Positions 48,101 through 51,100 of a stretch of DNA of 64,000 nucleotides are shown piece after piece. Both the position numbers and the translations under genes were made by a program. Below the pieces are notes generated by a model. That model saw nothing but the letters and a program-made list of their open reading frames with translations. It was not told the DNA's origin and made no database searches. How positions within the stretch are numbered: the stretch's first letter is position 1; every line of letters begins with the position of its first letter. Location: contig JBIKRQ010000001.1 of NCBI GenBank assembly GCA_044349155.1, positions 6,418-70,417 on the forward strand, written 5' to 3'. This DNA is from Myxococcota bacterium. Lineage in GTDB: Bacteria > Myxococcota > UBA727 > VGSZ01.

Positions 48101-51100
48101 GATAGGCGTGAAAGCCGTGGACGTCAGCGCCGACATCGTCGAGATCGCGTTCGAGGCCGTTGTTGGCACCGTCGTTGGCGATCGCCGCAGCAGCATTGCA
48201 GCGCCGTGGCGCGTCGACCTGCGCGCTCCGGCGACCACCGGCGCATCCACGGTCGTCATCCAGGCGACCGCCACCAGCCGCTCTGGTCAACAGCTGCGCC
48301 GCACACTCAACCTCACCGTTGTCGACGACCTCACAAACCCATCGCTCTCGCTGCTCGTGCTGCCTGATGGTCCAGTCGCTCCCGGCGCGCTCGTCACAAC
48401 CCGTGCGGTCAGCGATGCAGGCGCGGTCGAGGTCACCACCACCATCGCGATTGACGACGTGGTGCAGCTGACCGGCGGTGCCGAAACGGCCTTCGTTGTT
48501 CCCACGGTTGCCGCGGGCGCGCTGCTCCGTGTCGACGCCGTGGCGACCGACGCGGCGGGCAACCGTCGTCAGGCCACGGCGTCGCGCCGCATTGCCCCTG
48601 CCGACAGCACAACCACAACGTTGACCACCACGCCCGTCCGCCGCCTTGTCGCCGAGGCTGGTGTGCTCGTGGCGCACACCGCGAACGGTGCGCAGCAGCT
48701 CCTGCCGACGTCGTCGTCGTCGCAGCCAGGCGATGTCCTGGCGTTGTGGCGCGGCCAACGTGTGATCCGTGCGGCCAACGGGCTCGTCATCGGCGGCGTG
48801 CCGGTGGCGGTCGGCGCTGTCGACGACGTCAAAACGGGTCACGGGCGACTGCTCGCGCACACGTCGACTGGCCTTGTGGTTGAGATCGATCAAACCCTGA
48901 CCAGCACCGCGATCATCGATGCGAGCGCGCTGCTCGACGTTGGCGTCACCAGCATCCTCGTTGTGCGCGGCGGTCGCGTGCAGCGTGTGGTCGCGGGTGG
49001 CGTCACCACGCTGTTCACCACCACCGAAACGATCCGCGCAGGAGCGGCCATCGACGCCTCACGCGTGCTTGTGGTGACCGACACCTCGACAAGCCTCGTC
49101 GACGTCAGCGAAGGCGTTCTCGCCCGTGTCGACGTCGGTGGCGATCGGATCGTGACCGCGGGGGCGCGCGCCTTCGTGCTTGGCGATGCCTTGTATGAAC
49201 TCGACTTGCGTCGTCGCGCAGCGCTTGGCGTCCGCGCGGTTCGTGAAGCCGACAACATCAGCGACATCGCGGCGTTCGGCGACACCGTGTACTTCGCAGG
49301 CTCGACTGGCGTTCGCGCGCTCAAGTCGGCAGCGACAGACCACGACGTGTATGCGACCGTCTCGACCACAGCCCTCGGCGATGTTCCCGAGCAGATCGTC
49401 GACGTCGCCGGCGACCTGATCGTCCGCGGTGCGAAGTCGCAGCGGCTCGACATTGTCGGTGCGTCTCTTTCGGTGAGCGCCACCAACCTTCCCGTTGGCG
49501 TCGTCTCTTCGTCGACCGACCACGTCGTGTTCCTCACGAGCGAGGGCCGCTTGTCAGCCTGGCGTGCTGCGAGCAGCACCACGTGGACGCCGCTGTCACT
49601 GCCGGGTGTTGCCGCCACGACCACAGGCATCACAACGATGTCGTCGGGCCGTGGACGCGTCTGGTGGGGGCGCGGCAACGAACTCGGCACGGCGGCGTTT
49701 TCGACCTCGATCGCCTCGTTGACCACGCTGGACGGTACAATCGTCGACGTCGCGGCTGCTGGTGCGCAAGCGGCAGTGCTGTTGTCGTCGGGACGCGTCC
49801 TACTGATGGGCGTCGATCCGCGTGGTGCACCGCAGGTGCTCGCGTCAACAGCCGTGCCTGTGGGAACACGCGTGGCCTTCAATGGTGACGACGTGGTGGT
49901 CGCCAGCACTGGCACGCTCACCATCGTGCGCAACGTGAACAATGCACTGCAGCTCGCGACATCGGTGGCCCTCGTCGGCACGCCGCGTCGTGTGCGTCTG
50001 GCCGGGCATCAGGTCCTCGTTGCCGCAGGCAGCGCGGGTTTGCACGTCGTCGACACCGACACGTTCGCGGTCACCACCTTTGCAACGCCGCGCGCCCTCG
50101 ATGCCGCTGTCGTTGGCGATTCGCTCGTGGTGCTCGACGCCCTCGACGGCGTAACAGTGCGCCAGGCGCAGGTGGCCCGTGCGGCCGTGGCGGTCGTGGC
50201 GCCGTCGTCGGCCGACGTTCTCGCCGGCAGCATCGTGTCGGTGTTGGCCGACGCCCAACGCGCCGACGTCACGTCTGTCGAGCTGGTCATGGGGGCGACC
50301 CGTCAGTTGCTCGGCGACGCCGACGATGGCGACCTGCGTTTCAACGTGACCTTGCCGTCGTCGTTGAGCGTGGGCGCGCCGTTGCAGTTCGCGGTCACGA
50401 GCCAGAGTGCTGGCGGCACGAGCACGGCGTTGTCACCGGTACTCTACGTCGCAGCACCGCCGTCCACGCTCAGCGCGAGCTGGGTGGCGCCCGGCGACAC
50501 CGCCGTGCGACCTGGTGCCGACGTCGGGATCGCCATCGACGTCATTGGTGCTGCAGGCGTCGCCACGGGCCTCGTGACGGTCGATGACGTCGCAGTTGGT
50601 GAACTCGTCGACACCACAACGGCGGGCACCACGCGTCGCCTTGTCTCCACGATCACCGTACCGAGCGACGCCGTCGACACCATCGACGTTGATGTCGTCG
50701 TCACCGATGGAGCAGGGCGCTCGGCACAGGTCCGCCGTACCTGGAACGTCATCGCCGACACGGCGCCACCGTTCTCGCTCACGGGCTTGCCGAGCACGCT
50801 CAAAGCGGGGCCCGCCATCAACCTCGTGCAGCTCTCGGCGAGCGACGATGGCGTGTTCGCGTTGGAACTCGCGATGGGCTCGTCGGAGGCCGCGCTCACC
50901 ACGCTCACCCGTGTTGATGGCGTCGGCTCGGCGTCGTTGACTTGGGCGTTGGTGTTGCCGGCGAACAGCGATGGTCGAACAGTGGTCTTGCAGGGACGCG
51001 CGATCGACAGCGCCGGCCATGCGGCAACGCCAATCACCCGCAGCTACGTGGTGGCACCCGACGGTGTGGCTCCGGTTCCAACCGCAGGCGCGCCGTTGTT